Of a stretch of 64,000 nt of DNA, positions 1-12,207 are shown one piece after another. Both the position numbers and the translations under genes were made by a program. The notes under the pieces are model-generated. The model made no database searches, was not told the DNA's origin, and saw nothing but the letters and a program-made list of their open reading frames with translations. The stretch comes from an uncultured Candidatus Saccharibacteria bacterium (GTDB taxonomy: Bacteria; Patescibacteriota; Minisyncoccia; Phycocordibacterales; Phycocordibacteraceae), in assembly GCA_964607655.1 (NCBI GenBank), contig CAZSKX010000002.1, forward strand, positions 77,327 to 141,326, written 5' to 3'. The number at the start of each line of letters is the position of its first letter. The first letter of the stretch is position 1.

Positions 1-317
1 ACCTTCCAGAGCAGTATAAAAAGCAGCTTCCACCGTTTACTAGTATCTATCATGCAGCACCGACGGCTGAATGCCCCACGGGGACCCGTGGTCGCGAAGG
101 GGTGTTTGAGTTTCTGGTCATGAATAACGAGATCGAGCAGGTCTTGCTTAAGGAGCCGGTGGAGGAGAAGGTGTACGCTGCGGCGCGTGCCGGCGGCATG
201 CTTACGATGCGGGAACAGGCGATCGTTAAGGCATTACAAGGCCAGATTGCGTTTGAAGAGGTGAATACCCTGGGCGGGGGAGATCTTTTCCCCGAGGCTT
301 CTGAGGTCGTAGCATAG
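1..317 (+). CDS. pilB: Type IV pilus assembly ATPase PilB/GspE family, C-terminal fragment (5' end cut by the window edge)
   Basis: The frame starting at nt 3 reads ...HAAPTAECPTGTRGREGVFEFLVMNNEIEQ..., the C-terminal Cys/Gly-rich GspE/PilB motif. It is followed by the response regulator, pilT and pilC. Confidence 0.75.
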   Translation, partial: LPEQYKKQLPPFTSIYHAAPTAECPTGTRGREGVFEFLVMNNEIEQVLLKEPVEEKVYAAARAGGMLTMREQAIVKALQGQIAFEEVNTLGGGDLFPEASEVVA

Positions 318-339
318 GGGGTGTATACTTAGAGTACAT

Positions 340-735
340 ATGGCTTACCGAATTTATCTCGTCGATGACGACCGTTTCTTACTCGATTTATACATGGTTA
401 AGTTTAAAAACGCTGGTCACGAGGTGGTGGCCTTTAACAGTGGCCAGGACTTCCTCGCAACATTACGCAAACCAGACACCCAGGCTCCGGACGCCGTCTT
501 GCTCGACATCATCATGCCGGGAGTGAGTGGCTTCGACGTGCTCGAAGCCCTGCGTAAGGAAAAACTTGTGCCCACGTCGAAGGTCATCATTCTTTCGAAC
601 CAGGGATTAGACGCTGACATCGAGAAGGCCAAGCAGTACAACGTAGACGGATACATCGTTAAGGCGTCAGCGATCCCTTCGGAGGTGCTTGCTGAGACAG
701 TGCGAATCATCGGGGCAAACGCGACCCCTGCATAA
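340..735 (+). CDS. Single-domain response regulator (CheY/PilH-like REC domain)
   Basis: The product starts YLVDDDRFLL with a phospho-acceptor Asp context (LLDIIMPGVSG), is 131 aa, and lies between pilB and pilT. Confidence 0.8.
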   Translation: MAYRIYLVDDDRFLLDLYMVKFKNAGHEVVAFNSGQDFLATLRKPDTQAPDAVLLDIIMPGVSGFDVLEALRKEKLVPTSKVIILSNQGLDADIEKAKQYNVDGYIVKASAIPSEVLAETVRIIGANATPA

Positions 736-737
736 CC

Positions 738-1796
738 ATGGCAGAAGCTCTTTTTGAAGAACTCCTCGCCGCCGTCGTGAGCCAGGGAGGCTCCGACCTC
801 CACGTCTACTCGGGGGGAGTGCCAGTCATACGTGTCTCTGGCGCGCTGGTGCCACTTACGCGCTTCCAGCCGATAACCAATGAAGACACAGAGAAAATGT
901 TGAAGTCGATTGTGCCTGAAGACCGGTGGAACGTCTTCCAAGAGAAACAGTCGATCGACCTCTCATACGCCTACAAAGACGGAGCCCGTTTCCGTGTGAA
1001 CGGCTACCGGGTGCAGGGAACAACGGCGATTGCGCTCCGTCTTATTCCTCACGCGATCCGGACTTTTGAGGAGCTGAATCTTCCGCCCATTCTCGAGGTG
1101 TTTACTCAGCGACAGCAAGGGTTTTTCATCGCCGTGGGGCCGGTGGGGCATGGTAAGTCCACTACGCTCGCGACGATGATCAACCGCATCAACGAGACCC
1201 AGGCCAAACACATCATCACCATCGAGGATCCTGTCGAATACCTCTTTACACCCAACCGGTCAATCATTCACCAGCGTGAAGTCTATGTCGACACGCCTAG
1301 CTTCAGCTCAGCACTCCAAGGCACCTTCCGTGAAGACGTGGACGTGATCATGCTCGGAGAGATGCGTGACTACGAGACGATCTCGTCGGCAGTGACTGCT
1401 GCTGAGACGGGTCACTTGGTCCTCTCAACGCTCCATACCAACAACGCTGCCCAGACGATCGATCGTATCATCGACATGTTCCCGGCCGAGCAACAAGGTC
1501 AGGTGCGTGTGCAGCTCGCAGGCTCTCTCGCAGGCATCTTCTCTCAGCGCCTTATTCCTCGCGTGTCAGGCGGGCTTATCCCGGCCTATGAGCTCCTTAT
1601 CAACAACAACGCCGTGAGTACGCTGATCCGCGATGGCCAGACGCATGAGATCAGCTCAGTGATTCAGACCTCCTCACAGGAGGGCATGATCGATATGGAT
1701 CGCATGCTCTCTGACCTTGTTCGGCGCGGAGAGATCACGGTCGAGCACGCCTATGAGCATGCGATGGATCCGAAGACCTTCGAGCATTATCTCTAA
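738..1796 (+). CDS. pilT: Twitching-motility ATPase PilT
   Basis: Walker A GPVGHGKSTTLATMI. PilT/PilU family architecture with Asp box and His box (LSTLHTN). Confidence 0.9.
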   Translation: MAEALFEELLAAVVSQGGSDLHVYSGGVPVIRVSGALVPLTRFQPITNEDTEKMLKSIVPEDRWNVFQEKQSIDLSYAYKDGARFRVNGYRVQGTTAIALRLIPHAIRTFEELNLPPILEVFTQRQQGFFIAVGPVGHGKSTTLATMINRINETQAKHIITIEDPVEYLFTPNRSIIHQREVYVDTPSFSSALQGTFREDVDVIMLGEMRDYETISSAVTAAETGHLVLSTLHTNNAAQTIDRIIDMFPAEQQGQVRVQLAGSLAGIFSQRLIPRVSGGLIPAYELLINNNAVSTLIRDGQTHEISSVIQTSSQEGMIDMDRMLSDLVRRGEITVEHAYEHAMDPKTFEHYL

Positions 1797-1798
1797 TT

Positions 1799-3004
1799 AT
1801 GCTATTTCGCTACAAAGCAGTTGACCAAGATGGGCACGAACGCGAAGGAACCATTGAGGCTCCTGCGCAGGAGCTCGCGGTGACCGCCTTGCAGCGGCGC
1901 AATCTCGTCATTTCGCTCATCGAGCCTGCTGAGAAAGAGTCGTTCTTCCGACAAAAGGTTACGATTTTTGCCCATATTTCCAATAAGGAAATTGTTATCC
2001 TCTCGCGCCAGATCGCGACGTTGTTTGAGGCGCAGGTCTCGGCGTTGCGCGTCTTCCGTCTGCTCGCTGCTGAAGTCGACAATGAACGTCTTGCGAGCAT
2101 TTTGAATACCGTTGCCGACGATATCCAGGGAGGTACGCCCATGAGTCGGGCGCTCGCGCGACACCCCAAGGTCTTCAGCACCTACTACGTGAACATGGTG
2201 AAGGCGGGTGAGGAATCGGGAAAGCTCTCGATGACCTTTTTGTATCTTGCTGACTATCTCGACCGTACCTATGAAGTGATGAACAAAGCCCAGAACGCGC
2301 TCATCTACCCAGCGTTCGTGATCTGTGTCTTTTTCGCCGTGATGTCGCTCATGCTTACCTTAGTGATCCCGAATATTAGCTCGGTGCTCGCTGACGCGGG
2401 TGGAGAAATCCCGATGTACACCAAGATTGTCATCGGCATTTCTGAATTTCTGGTGCGGTGGGGCCTCATGATTCTTGTGGCGCTCATCTGTGGAGCAGTC
2501 TACCTCTGGCAGCTGTCGAAGACCGAGAAGGGCAAGCTCCTCCTCGACAGCTTCAAGATCTCTTTGCCATACATCGGCGACCTCTACCGGAAGCTCTATC
2601 TCGCGCGCATCGCCGACAGCTTCTCGACCATGATCCTCGCCGGCGTTTCAGTCGTTGAAGCGTTTGAAATCACAGCGTCAGTGGTGGGAAATGCAGCCTA
2701 CGCAACTGTTCTGCGAGAGGTGGAACAGGCGGTGAAGGGGGGCGCCGCGATGTCAGATGCGTTTTCTCGCTACCCGGAAATTCCGGGCATTATGATCGCC
2801 ATGACCAAAGTGGGCGAGGAAACCGGAGAATTAGGACAGATCCTCGCTACGCTGACAAAGTTCTATAACCGCGAAGTGGTGAACGCGGTGGACACCCTGG
2901 TGGGCCTCATCGAGCCGATCATGATCGTGGCACTTGGCGTCGGTGTCGGGGTACTTATGGCGGCCGTGCTCCTCCCGGTCTATAACCTCGCCGCGGCGCT
3001 ATAA
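1799..3004 (+). CDS. pilC: Type IV pilus inner-membrane platform protein PilC/GspF
   Basis: Two GspF-type repeats; length and TM pattern are typical of PilC. Confidence 0.85.
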   Translation: MLFRYKAVDQDGHEREGTIEAPAQELAVTALQRRNLVISLIEPAEKESFFRQKVTIFAHISNKEIVILSRQIATLFEAQVSALRVFRLLAAEVDNERLASILNTVADDIQGGTPMSRALARHPKVFSTYYVNMVKAGEESGKLSMTFLYLADYLDRTYEVMNKAQNALIYPAFVICVFFAVMSLMLTLVIPNISSVLADAGGEIPMYTKIVIGISEFLVRWGLMILVALICGAVYLWQLSKTEKGKLLLDSFKISLPYIGDLYRKLYLARIADSFSTMILAGVSVVEAFEITASVVGNAAYATVLREVEQAVKGGAAMSDAFSRYPEIPGIMIAMTKVGEETGELGQILATLTKFYNREVVNAVDTLVGLIEPIMIVALGVGVGVLMAAVLLPVYNLAAAL

Positions 3005-3106
3005 GCGGGTAGAGACGTAGGCCTCAAAGGGCAGGAGTTATACACACACGCCTCGCCTTCGAATCTGGGGCAGGGTACAATAAGGGTATTAATCACTATA
3101 AATACT

Positions 3107-3538
3107 ATGGAAAAGAATCGTTCTCAGGGTTTTACACTTATTGAGTTGCTCGTCGTGATCGCCATCATTGGCATCCTCTCGGCAGTCGTGCTCGCTTCGC
3201 TTGGCACAGCCCGTTCACGAGCTCAGGACGCTAAGATCCAGCAGCAGCTCTCAAGCATGCGTGCTGCGGCCGAGATTTACTACGGGGCAAACGGTAACGT
3301 GTACGGCGTTGCGACAGACTGTGGGGACGCTATGTTCATCGACACAGACTCAGGTATGGCAGGTCTGGTGTCGGGCACGGGGAATATCAAGTGCGGGTCA
3401 ACCGACTCAGCATGGGCAGCGGCCGCACCACTCGTCTCGGACGGAGACAATGCGTGGTGTGTTGACTCTACAGGAGCATCTAAACAAATCGCGGTCGCCG
3501 GCGCTGTCGATGGTATGACGGTTTGCCCAGCATCGTAA
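3107..3538 (+). CDS. Type IV (pseudo)pilin, major pilin paralog 1
   Basis: The N-terminal GFTLIELLVVIAIIGILSAVV is a class III signal/prepilin methylation motif. A C-terminal Cys pair forms the D-region (CVDSTG...VCPAS). Confidence 0.85.
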   Translation: MEKNRSQGFTLIELLVVIAIIGILSAVVLASLGTARSRAQDAKIQQQLSSMRAAAEIYYGANGNVYGVATDCGDAMFIDTDSGMAGLVSGTGNIKCGSTDSAWAAAAPLVSDGDNAWCVDSTGASKQIAVAGAVDGMTVCPAS

Positions 3539-3561
3539 TCTCGAGAATAAGGTAGAAAAAG

Positions 3562-3590
3562 AAAAGCCGCCGCAAGGCGGCTTTTCTTTT
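3562..3590 (+). terminator. Rho-independent terminator after pilin 1
   Basis: GC-rich hairpin gccgcc-gcaa-ggcggc followed by TTTTCTTTT. Confidence 0.7.
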
Positions 3591-3652
3591 ATGGCCTCTG
3601 GCAATCCCCAGTCGTGATTGGGTTACAGCGGTTTTCGGCCTATAATTAATCT

Positions 3653-4081
3653 GTGTCACAGCGCGGCTTTACTCTCGTAGAACTCATGGTGATCGTGGCC
3701 ATTATCGGCCTCTTCTCTACGGTCGCGCTCACCTCGCTCAGTGGCTCACGGCATAAGGGTAATGATGCTGCCATTAAGAAGCAATTGCGTGAGATCCAAA
3801 ACGCCGCAGAGCTCTACGCTCTATACAATGGAAACAAGTTTGGGGTTGCCAATGACTGCGAGACCGGGATGTTCGCGAGCACCAAGATCGAGCCACTTTT
3901 CACCGGATTAAATTCGGCGAATCTAGAGACGGGCGCCATATGTCGGAGCACAAACGTAGGCTATGCAGTACAATCACAACTTATTTCTGACTCCAATAAA
4001 TATTGGTGTGTTGACTCGACGGGCTATCAAGGAGGTTCGACGGTGGCGACGCTCTCTGGCCCGCGCTGTCCGGGGCATTAG
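3653..4081 (+). CDS. Type IV pilin paralog 2
   Basis: GFTLVELMVIVAIIG prepilin N-terminus; C-terminal CVDSTG...RCPGH. Confidence 0.85.
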   Translation: MSQRGFTLVELMVIVAIIGLFSTVALTSLSGSRHKGNDAAIKKQLREIQNAAELYALYNGNKFGVANDCETGMFASTKIEPLFTGLNSANLETGAICRSTNVGYAVQSQLISDSNKYWCVDSTGYQGGSTVATLSGPRCPGH

Positions 4082-4084
4082 AAT

Positions 4085-4627
4085 ATGTTTGAACAAAGCC
4101 GCAAAGGCTTTACACTGATCGAACTTCTTGTCGTGATCGCGATTGTTGGGATTCTCTCAGCAATCGTGCTTGCATCGTTGAGTGGTGCCCGGGATAAGAG
4201 CCGCGACGCTGCCATCGTGTCCAACCTTAAAACAGTTCAAACTCAGGCGGAGGTATATTTCTATACAGTCGGGAAAGGGCAGCAATATAATTCAGACGGC
4301 GGGGCGGGGCCTGTTGGTACGTCGGGTCTTTGTTATAGCGAGATGACGAATACGGTATTTAAGGACCCAAAGGTTTGGGCTGCCATACTTCAAGCGGCAG
4401 AGCTGACCGGAGGAAGCATGAGTTTTGGGAGCGTTTCAAACACTCGATGTGCGAATGCTTTTTGGGGTAAATCATATGCCGTGGCGGCGCTCTCTAGTAG
4501 CGATCCCACAACATGGTTCTGTGTAGACAGCAGCGGCAATGCAGTGAGAACCATAACCATGCCCTCAGCGACCGAGGCGCCGAATCTTGGTGGCGGAACT
4601 GAGGGCGCCGCGGCATGTCCATCATGA
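4085..4627 (+). CDS. Type IV pilin paralog 3
   Basis: GFTLIELLVVIAIVGILSAIV prepilin N-terminus; C-terminal CVDSSG...AACPS. Confidence 0.85.
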   Translation: MFEQSRKGFTLIELLVVIAIVGILSAIVLASLSGARDKSRDAAIVSNLKTVQTQAEVYFYTVGKGQQYNSDGGAGPVGTSGLCYSEMTNTVFKDPKVWAAILQAAELTGGSMSFGSVSNTRCANAFWGKSYAVAALSSSDPTTWFCVDSSGNAVRTITMPSATEAPNLGGGTEGAAACPS

Positions 4628-5391
4628 TCGACTTTTTTTTCTTTGCGCTTGGCGCCATTCTAGCGAGCTTTGTGGGAGTAGTCAGCGCTCGGCTCCACAC
4701 GGGCCACAGCATAGTTAACGGGCGGTCGCGCTGCGATGTCTGTAATGAAACCATTCCGGCGCTGGCACTAGTCCCCGTGATCTCGTATGTGGTCCTACGA
4801 GGGAAGTCGCAGTGCTGTGGAGCGACGCTCTCATTCTTTTCACCCCTTACAGAGATTCTGCTGGGAGTCCTCTTTGTGGTGGCATACCAGTCGCTGGGGC
4901 TTGGGTTACCTCTGGGGCTCTTCCTGCTCGCCCTCGCGCTCCTTCTTGCGCTTGTGCTCTATGACCTGCGGCACCAGATCCTGCCCCCATCCTTACTCTA
5001 CGGTCTTGTTGTCGTGGCGCTCTTCTTCCGCACGATCGTCTCGCCAGATGCGCCGTCTCTTCAGGCTGCACTTATGGCAGCGGGGGCAGTAGGGATCTTC
5101 TTCTTGGCGATGCACTACCTCTCGCGGGGGAGGGCGATGGGCTTTGCTGACGCACCGCTCTCCTTCGCGCTCGCGCTACTCGTCGGGCCGCAAGATGCTC
5201 TTATGGGGCTCGTTTTCTCCTTCTGGGTCGGGGCAGCTATTGGGATAATCATATTGTTACGGCGGCCAAAGGGTTCTAGAATGGGAGTTGAGGTACCGTT
5301 CGCGCCTTTTCTGGCTGCTGGCTTTCTCCTCGCACATTTTTTCATCTCATGGAACCCTTTCGCACTACTGCTCCTCAGTTCTACACTCTAA
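4615..5391 (+). CDS. pilD: Prepilin peptidase (A24 family) PilD
   Basis: CDVC...CCG zinc-binding tetracysteine in the N-terminal segment; polytopic membrane protein; 13-nt overlap with the upstream pilin gene. Confidence 0.85.
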   Translation: MSIMIDFFFFALGAILASFVGVVSARLHTGHSIVNGRSRCDVCNETIPALALVPVISYVVLRGKSQCCGATLSFFSPLTEILLGVLFVVAYQSLGLGLPLGLFLLALALLLALVLYDLRHQILPPSLLYGLVVVALFFRTIVSPDAPSLQAALMAAGAVGIFFLAMHYLSRGRAMGFADAPLSFALALLVGPQDALMGLVFSFWVGAAIGIIILLRRPKGSRMGVEVPFAPFLAAGFLLAHFFISWNPFALLLLSSTL

Positions 5392-6044
5392 AGCGCGGCG
5401 TGACGGTGGTCGAGCTTCTGATCGTGCTCGCGATCATCGGCGTCCTTACCGTGGTGATGACGACGAGCCATACGACTTTCAATCGCACGATTTTGCTCTC
5501 GTATACCGCATACGATGTTGCCCTTACTATTCGTTCAGCTGAGACGTACGGGCTCGGTACTCGGGTGACGAGTAGCGACATGCTCAGTAACACGGGATAC
5601 GGTATACACATCACACCAAATTCTGCATCGTTCACGTTCTTTGCAGATGAGAATACGCCTAGTAATAGCAATCAATGCCATCAATTACGGACTGGAGCAG
5701 ATGGCAGCGAACCCGACGCGATAGCGGGTAATTGCGCGTATGATGGCGATAGTGAAAAGGTGCAGTTGTATACGCTCGGGAATGGTATGAAAATAACTAA
5801 CGTATATGGATATAGGCCGGGTGCTGCAACGCCTCGCGATGAGGTGGGGGCAGGTCAGTCTCTCGACATGGTATTTGCTCGCCCCAATCCGAAAGCGTTT
5901 ATGAGCTACATGGGCGCTTATGTAGAAGGCGCTAGCGCCTGCCTTGAAATTGCCTCTCCCCAGGGTGGTACCAGTCACGTGTACGTGGGCTCCACGGGGC
6001 AGGTGACGGTTGGCTCTAAAGAATGTCCTGCATCAGTACTATGA
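5349..6044 (+). CDS. Minor pilin/pseudopilin 1 (prepilin-type N-terminal cleavage domain)
   Basis: KRGVTVVELLIVLAIIGVL N-terminus; overlaps the pilD 3' end. Confidence 0.7.
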   Translation: MEPFRTTAPQFYTLKRGVTVVELLIVLAIIGVLTVVMTTSHTTFNRTILLSYTAYDVALTIRSAETYGLGTRVTSSDMLSNTGYGIHITPNSASFTFFADENTPSNSNQCHQLRTGADGSEPDAIAGNCAYDGDSEKVQLYTLGNGMKITNVYGYRPGAATPRDEVGAGQSLDMVFARPNPKAFMSYMGAYVEGASACLEIASPQGGTSHVYVGSTGQVTVGSKECPASVL

Positions 6045-6544
6045 AAAAGTCTCGAGGATTCACCCTGGTGGAGCTGATGGTGTCAGTTGCACTTGTTGCG
6101 TCAGTCGTGTCGATGTCGACGAGCGCGTATTTGGTCATGATTGCGCTTAACCGCGAGGCGCAGGCGCAGGCGACCGGCATCAACAACCTGTCGTACGCCC
6201 TTGAGACGATGATCCGTACTATCCGGAGCGGCAACACGTACCAAGTCGTGCCATGTGGCGCTGGAGATGGCCTTATGGTGAACAACCCTGATGGCTCAGA
6301 GACCACGTATTGTCGTGAAGTGAACGGCACGCGAGGGCGCATCACTCAAAATGAGGCCTCCCTCACCGATCCAGCGATCGACATTACCAGCTTTGGGTTT
6401 GATCTTGATGGAGAGCTTAAGGCCAACGACCCTGTCCAGGCTAATGTGAAGATTGTGATCAAGGGCAAGGTAAACGTCGGTGCGGGGAAGGACCGAGAGT
6501 TTGCGGTCGAGACTTTAGCTGTCATGAGAACTATCGACCTATAA
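6041..6544 (+). CDS. Minor pilin/pseudopilin 2
   Basis: MKKSRGFTLVELMVSVALVA prepilin motif. The track ORF begins at 6023; the start is placed at the Met preceding the motif. Confidence 0.7.
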   Translation: MKKSRGFTLVELMVSVALVASVVSMSTSAYLVMIALNREAQAQATGINNLSYALETMIRTIRSGNTYQVVPCGAGDGLMVNNPDGSETTYCREVNGTRGRITQNEASLTDPAIDITSFGFDLDGELKANDPVQANVKIVIKGKVNVGAGKDREFAVETLAVMRTIDL

Positions 6545-6547
6545 TCT

Positions 6548-7083
6548 ATGAAAGGCTTTACCCTTGTCGAAGCGATGGTAGCGGTTGCGATCCTCGCGAT
6601 CTCTGTCGCGGCACCGACCTATGGCGCGGGGCGGGCGCTTGTTGCAGCACAAAACGCTAACAATCAGCTCACCGCCTCGTACCTCGCGCAGGAGGGCGTC
6701 GAATATGCTCGTGCATATCGAGACAGTAAGTATCTTGAACACTACTACTCGGCCAGCAGAGCCACCGCGTCTCAGGACGGATGGGATGAGTTTAAGGATG
6801 ATGTGATTGATGAATGTGGCGGGACAGGCTGCTATCTCGACCTGTATCAGGGAATCCCGCTCTCCTTCTGTCCGGGAAGCGTTTGTCCCACGCTTTATAT
6901 CAAAGAAGATAGTGGAGAATACACAATAAAGTCAGGAAGTGGTTTCAAGCCCACCATTTACACACGAACGATAAAGACGAGATTCGTAACTGCTGACCAA
7001 GACGAAGTGGAGGTGGTCTCCACCGTCTCTTGGCCATTCCACGGTACTACCTATAAGGTCGAGATCGTCGGCCACTTCACCCG

Positions 7084-7096
<13 letters not shown>
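6548..7096 (+). CDS. Minor pilin/pseudopilin 3 (PilV/GspI-like)
   Basis: MKGFTLVEAMVAVAILAI prepilin motif. Confidence 0.75.
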
Positions 7097-9617
<2,521 letters not shown>

Positions 9618-9629
9618 TAGAGTGGGCGT

Positions 9630-9923
9630 ATGGCAACAGTTGAAGACGTAAAAAAACTTTCGACCCTCGCGCGCATCAAGGTCGAGGAGGGAGAACTAGA
9701 GAAATTTACGAAAGAATTTGATGCGATTTTGGCGTATGTCGGACAACTTGAGTCGCTTAAGATTCCCGAGGGGATCGACCGTAAGAAGCCGGCGCTCTAC
9801 AACGTGATGCGCAAGGATGGCGAGCCACACGAGACGAGGAAGTATACGGAGAAGCTCGCTGAACAGTTCCCTGCACGCGAGGGCGACGCGCTCGTGGTCA
9901 AGCAGGTGATTACGCATGAATAA
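9630..9923 (+). CDS. gatC: Asp/Glu-tRNA amidotransferase subunit C
   Basis: 97 aa, immediately precedes and overlaps gatA; GatC-like sequence. Confidence 0.85.
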   Translation: MATVEDVKKLSTLARIKVEEGELEKFTKEFDAILAYVGQLESLKIPEGIDRKKPALYNVMRKDGEPHETRKYTEKLAEQFPAREGDALVVKQVITHE

Positions 9924-11343
9924 ATCGCTCAATGAACTCACAATAGTCGAGGCGGCGCGTGGTCTGCGTGCTAAAGAATTTACCGTGCGTGAGCTCTGGG
10001 ACGCCTGCCACGCCGCTGCGGTCAAAAAGAACCAAGAGATTTTTGCATTTCTTGAGATTTTTGATGCCGATGACGCGGCGATTGAAGCGGCGCAGAAGCG
10101 GATTGATGCGGGCGATGCGTCGCTGCTCTGTGGCATTCCGCTCGCGATCAAAGACAATATTTTGATAGAAGGGAGAATCGCAAGCGCAGCAAGCAAGATG
10201 CTCGCCAACTATCGCGCGACTTATGACGCGACGGTAGTTAAGAAGCTTAAAGAGGCAGGGGCGCTCTTTGTCGGCCGTACGAACATGGACGAGTTCGCCA
10301 TGGGCTCTTCGACAGAGCACTCAGCCTTTGGCGCTACGAAGAATCCGATAGATACTGCGCGCGTACCAGGTGGGTCTTCGGGCGGTTCGGCGGCAGCTGT
10401 CGCAGCGCATATGTGTATCGCGGCGCTTGGCACCGACACCGGAGGTTCGATCCGCCAGCCCGCCGCGCTCACGGGCCTCGTGGGGTTGAAACCTACCTAT
10501 GGCGCGGTCTCGCGATCAGGGCTTATCGCGATGGGCTCTTCGCTCGACCAGGCGGGACCACTGACGAAGTCAGTTGAGGACGCGCGTATTTTATTTGAAA
10601 CGATTCGCGGTATTGATCCGCTTGATGCGACCACCACCCCTGAAGGCCTGTATCCGCAACGAGAGGCAAAGGAAAAAATGAAGATCGGCGTCCCGAGAGC
10701 GTTTCTTAGCGCAGGGGTCGACGCAGATCTCGCGAGCATGTTCGAAGAAAATCTTAAAAAATTAGAAGCGGCGGGACACACGATCGTCGACATTGAGCTC
10801 CCCACGAGTCCGTATGCGCTCGCGGCGTATTACGTGGTGATGCCGGCCGAGGTCTCGACCAACCTCGCACGTCTCGATGGTATCCGTTATGGGCACGCCA
10901 CGCGTGGCGAGACACTGCTCGACGATTACCTACAGAGCCGCTCTGAAGGATTTGGCGAAGAGACGCGGCGGCGCATTCTCTTGGGGACCTTCGTGCTCTC
11001 GTCGGGCTATATCGACGCGTACTATCACAAGGCGCAGGCTGCGCGTGACGTGCTCCGCGCTGAGTACAATAAAGCATTTGAAACGGTAGACGTTGTTGTG
11101 TTCCCGACGACGCCATCTCCGGCTTTTAAATTTGGCGAGAAGGTGAATGACCCGCTCGCGCTCTATCTTGAAGATGTGTTCACCGTGACGGCAAACTTGA
11201 CCGGGATGCCTGCGCTCTCGGTACCGATGGGTACGGTAGAGAGAGAAGGGAAGGCGCTGCCGGTCGGCCTTCATCTTACGGCTCCGCACCAGGCTGAACA
11301 TCTTCTTTTTGCTCTGGCGAAAGCTGTCGAGAACGCGCCATAG
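9916..11343 (+). CDS. gatA: Asp/Glu-tRNA amidotransferase subunit A (amidase)
   Basis: Amidase signature GGSSGGSAAAVAA and a Ser-cisSer-Lys triad context; 475 aa. Confidence 0.95.
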   Translation: MNKSLNELTIVEAARGLRAKEFTVRELWDACHAAAVKKNQEIFAFLEIFDADDAAIEAAQKRIDAGDASLLCGIPLAIKDNILIEGRIASAASKMLANYRATYDATVVKKLKEAGALFVGRTNMDEFAMGSSTEHSAFGATKNPIDTARVPGGSSGGSAAAVAAHMCIAALGTDTGGSIRQPAALTGLVGLKPTYGAVSRSGLIAMGSSLDQAGPLTKSVEDARILFETIRGIDPLDATTTPEGLYPQREAKEKMKIGVPRAFLSAGVDADLASMFEENLKKLEAAGHTIVDIELPTSPYALAAYYVVMPAEVSTNLARLDGIRYGHATRGETLLDDYLQSRSEGFGEETRRRILLGTFVLSSGYIDAYYHKAQAARDVLRAEYNKAFETVDVVVFPTTPSPAFKFGEKVNDPLALYLEDVFTVTANLTGMPALSVPMGTVEREGKALPVGLHLTAPHQAEHLLFALAKAVENAP

Positions 11344-11373
11344 CAGATAGAATTCCGGCTATACTAAGAAGGC

Positions 11374-11952
11374 ATGCAGGAAGACCAGCTCAATATTGAG
11401 TATTTTTTCCGTCGGCTCTACGAACTTTTAAACGGCGTGCAAGGAACGTCAGGAGACTTCAACCCGCTCTGGGTCCTTGTCGCGCGGGTGTGGTCCTGGA
11501 TCGTTGTACTAGGGTACGCGTTCTCGGTACTCGGACTCTTTGTGCTTGTCTATGCCACCATGCGTTTATTAGAACTACGCAAGCGAGAGAAAGAATTCTA
11601 CAGTACGCTTCTTGTCACCCCCGAGCAGGCGCACGAGGTAAATCAGCGCTGGAAGCACATCTCATCCTTGATTGAGGGCGGCAGCGAGAGTCAATGGCGC
11701 GAGGCGATCACCGAGGCAGACATCATGCTCGACGATGTATTGAATAAGCGTGGCTATGTAGGAGACGGAGTCGCAGACAAATTGAAGAGTGTCGATGTCG
11801 CGGATCTCGCGAGTCTGCAGGACGCCTGGGAGGCGCACAAAGTGCGCAACCAGATCGCGCACGAGGGCTCAGCATTTCAGCTCTCTGAGACGCTCGCACA
11901 GCGCACTCTCGCGCGTTACGAGAATGTATTTCGCGAGTGGGGGGCAATCTAA
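11374..11952 (+). CDS. Hypothetical membrane-anchored protein
   Basis: 192-aa ORF with one predicted TM helix (WVLVARVWSWIVVLGYAFSVLGLFVLVYA); no recognisable domain. Confidence 0.5.
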   Translation: MQEDQLNIEYFFRRLYELLNGVQGTSGDFNPLWVLVARVWSWIVVLGYAFSVLGLFVLVYATMRLLELRKREKEFYSTLLVTPEQAHEVNQRWKHISSLIEGGSESQWREAITEADIMLDDVLNKRGYVGDGVADKLKSVDVADLASLQDAWEAHKVRNQIAHEGSAFQLSETLAQRTLARYENVFREWGAI

Positions 11953-12024
11953 GGCTCAGGTTGCAGGCTTAAAAGAAGCGCGTATACTGCTTGCATTGTG
12001 AGCGTCGGGCGACTAAGATAGCAT

Positions 12025-12095
12025 AGCGGGATGGACTAGAGGTTGGTCGCGGGGCTCATAACCCCGATACGTCGGTTCGATTCCGACTCCCGCAA
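12025..12095 (+). tRNA. tRNA-Met, initiator type (anticodon CAU)
   Basis: The cloverleaf is reconstructed by hand. The anticodon loop is CUCAUAA with three G-C pairs at the base of the anticodon stem (GGGG/CCCC). The D-stem has an A11:U24 pair and position 1:72 is unpaired (A/A). These are initiator hallmarks. The T-loop is TTCGATT and no CCA is encoded. Confidence 0.8.
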
Positions 12096-12110
12096 CAAGT
12101 AACTAAACGC

Positions 12111-12145
12111 AAAAGGCGCTCGAAAGAGCGCCTTTTGCGTTTTGG
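12111..12145. terminator. Bidirectional rho-independent terminator
   Basis: aaaaggcgctc-gaaa-gagcgcctttt hairpin flanked by A and T runs. Confidence 0.7.
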
Positions 12146-12207
12146 GTGGAACGGGTATATCGTAACGGCGGGTAACGCTCTTCAAAATTTCCAAAGGGAG
12201 GTCGCAC

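Noticed and set aside
417-941. 174-aa minus-strand ORF spanning the response regulator and the pilT start
   Set aside because: Antisense to two well-supported genes; no motif.
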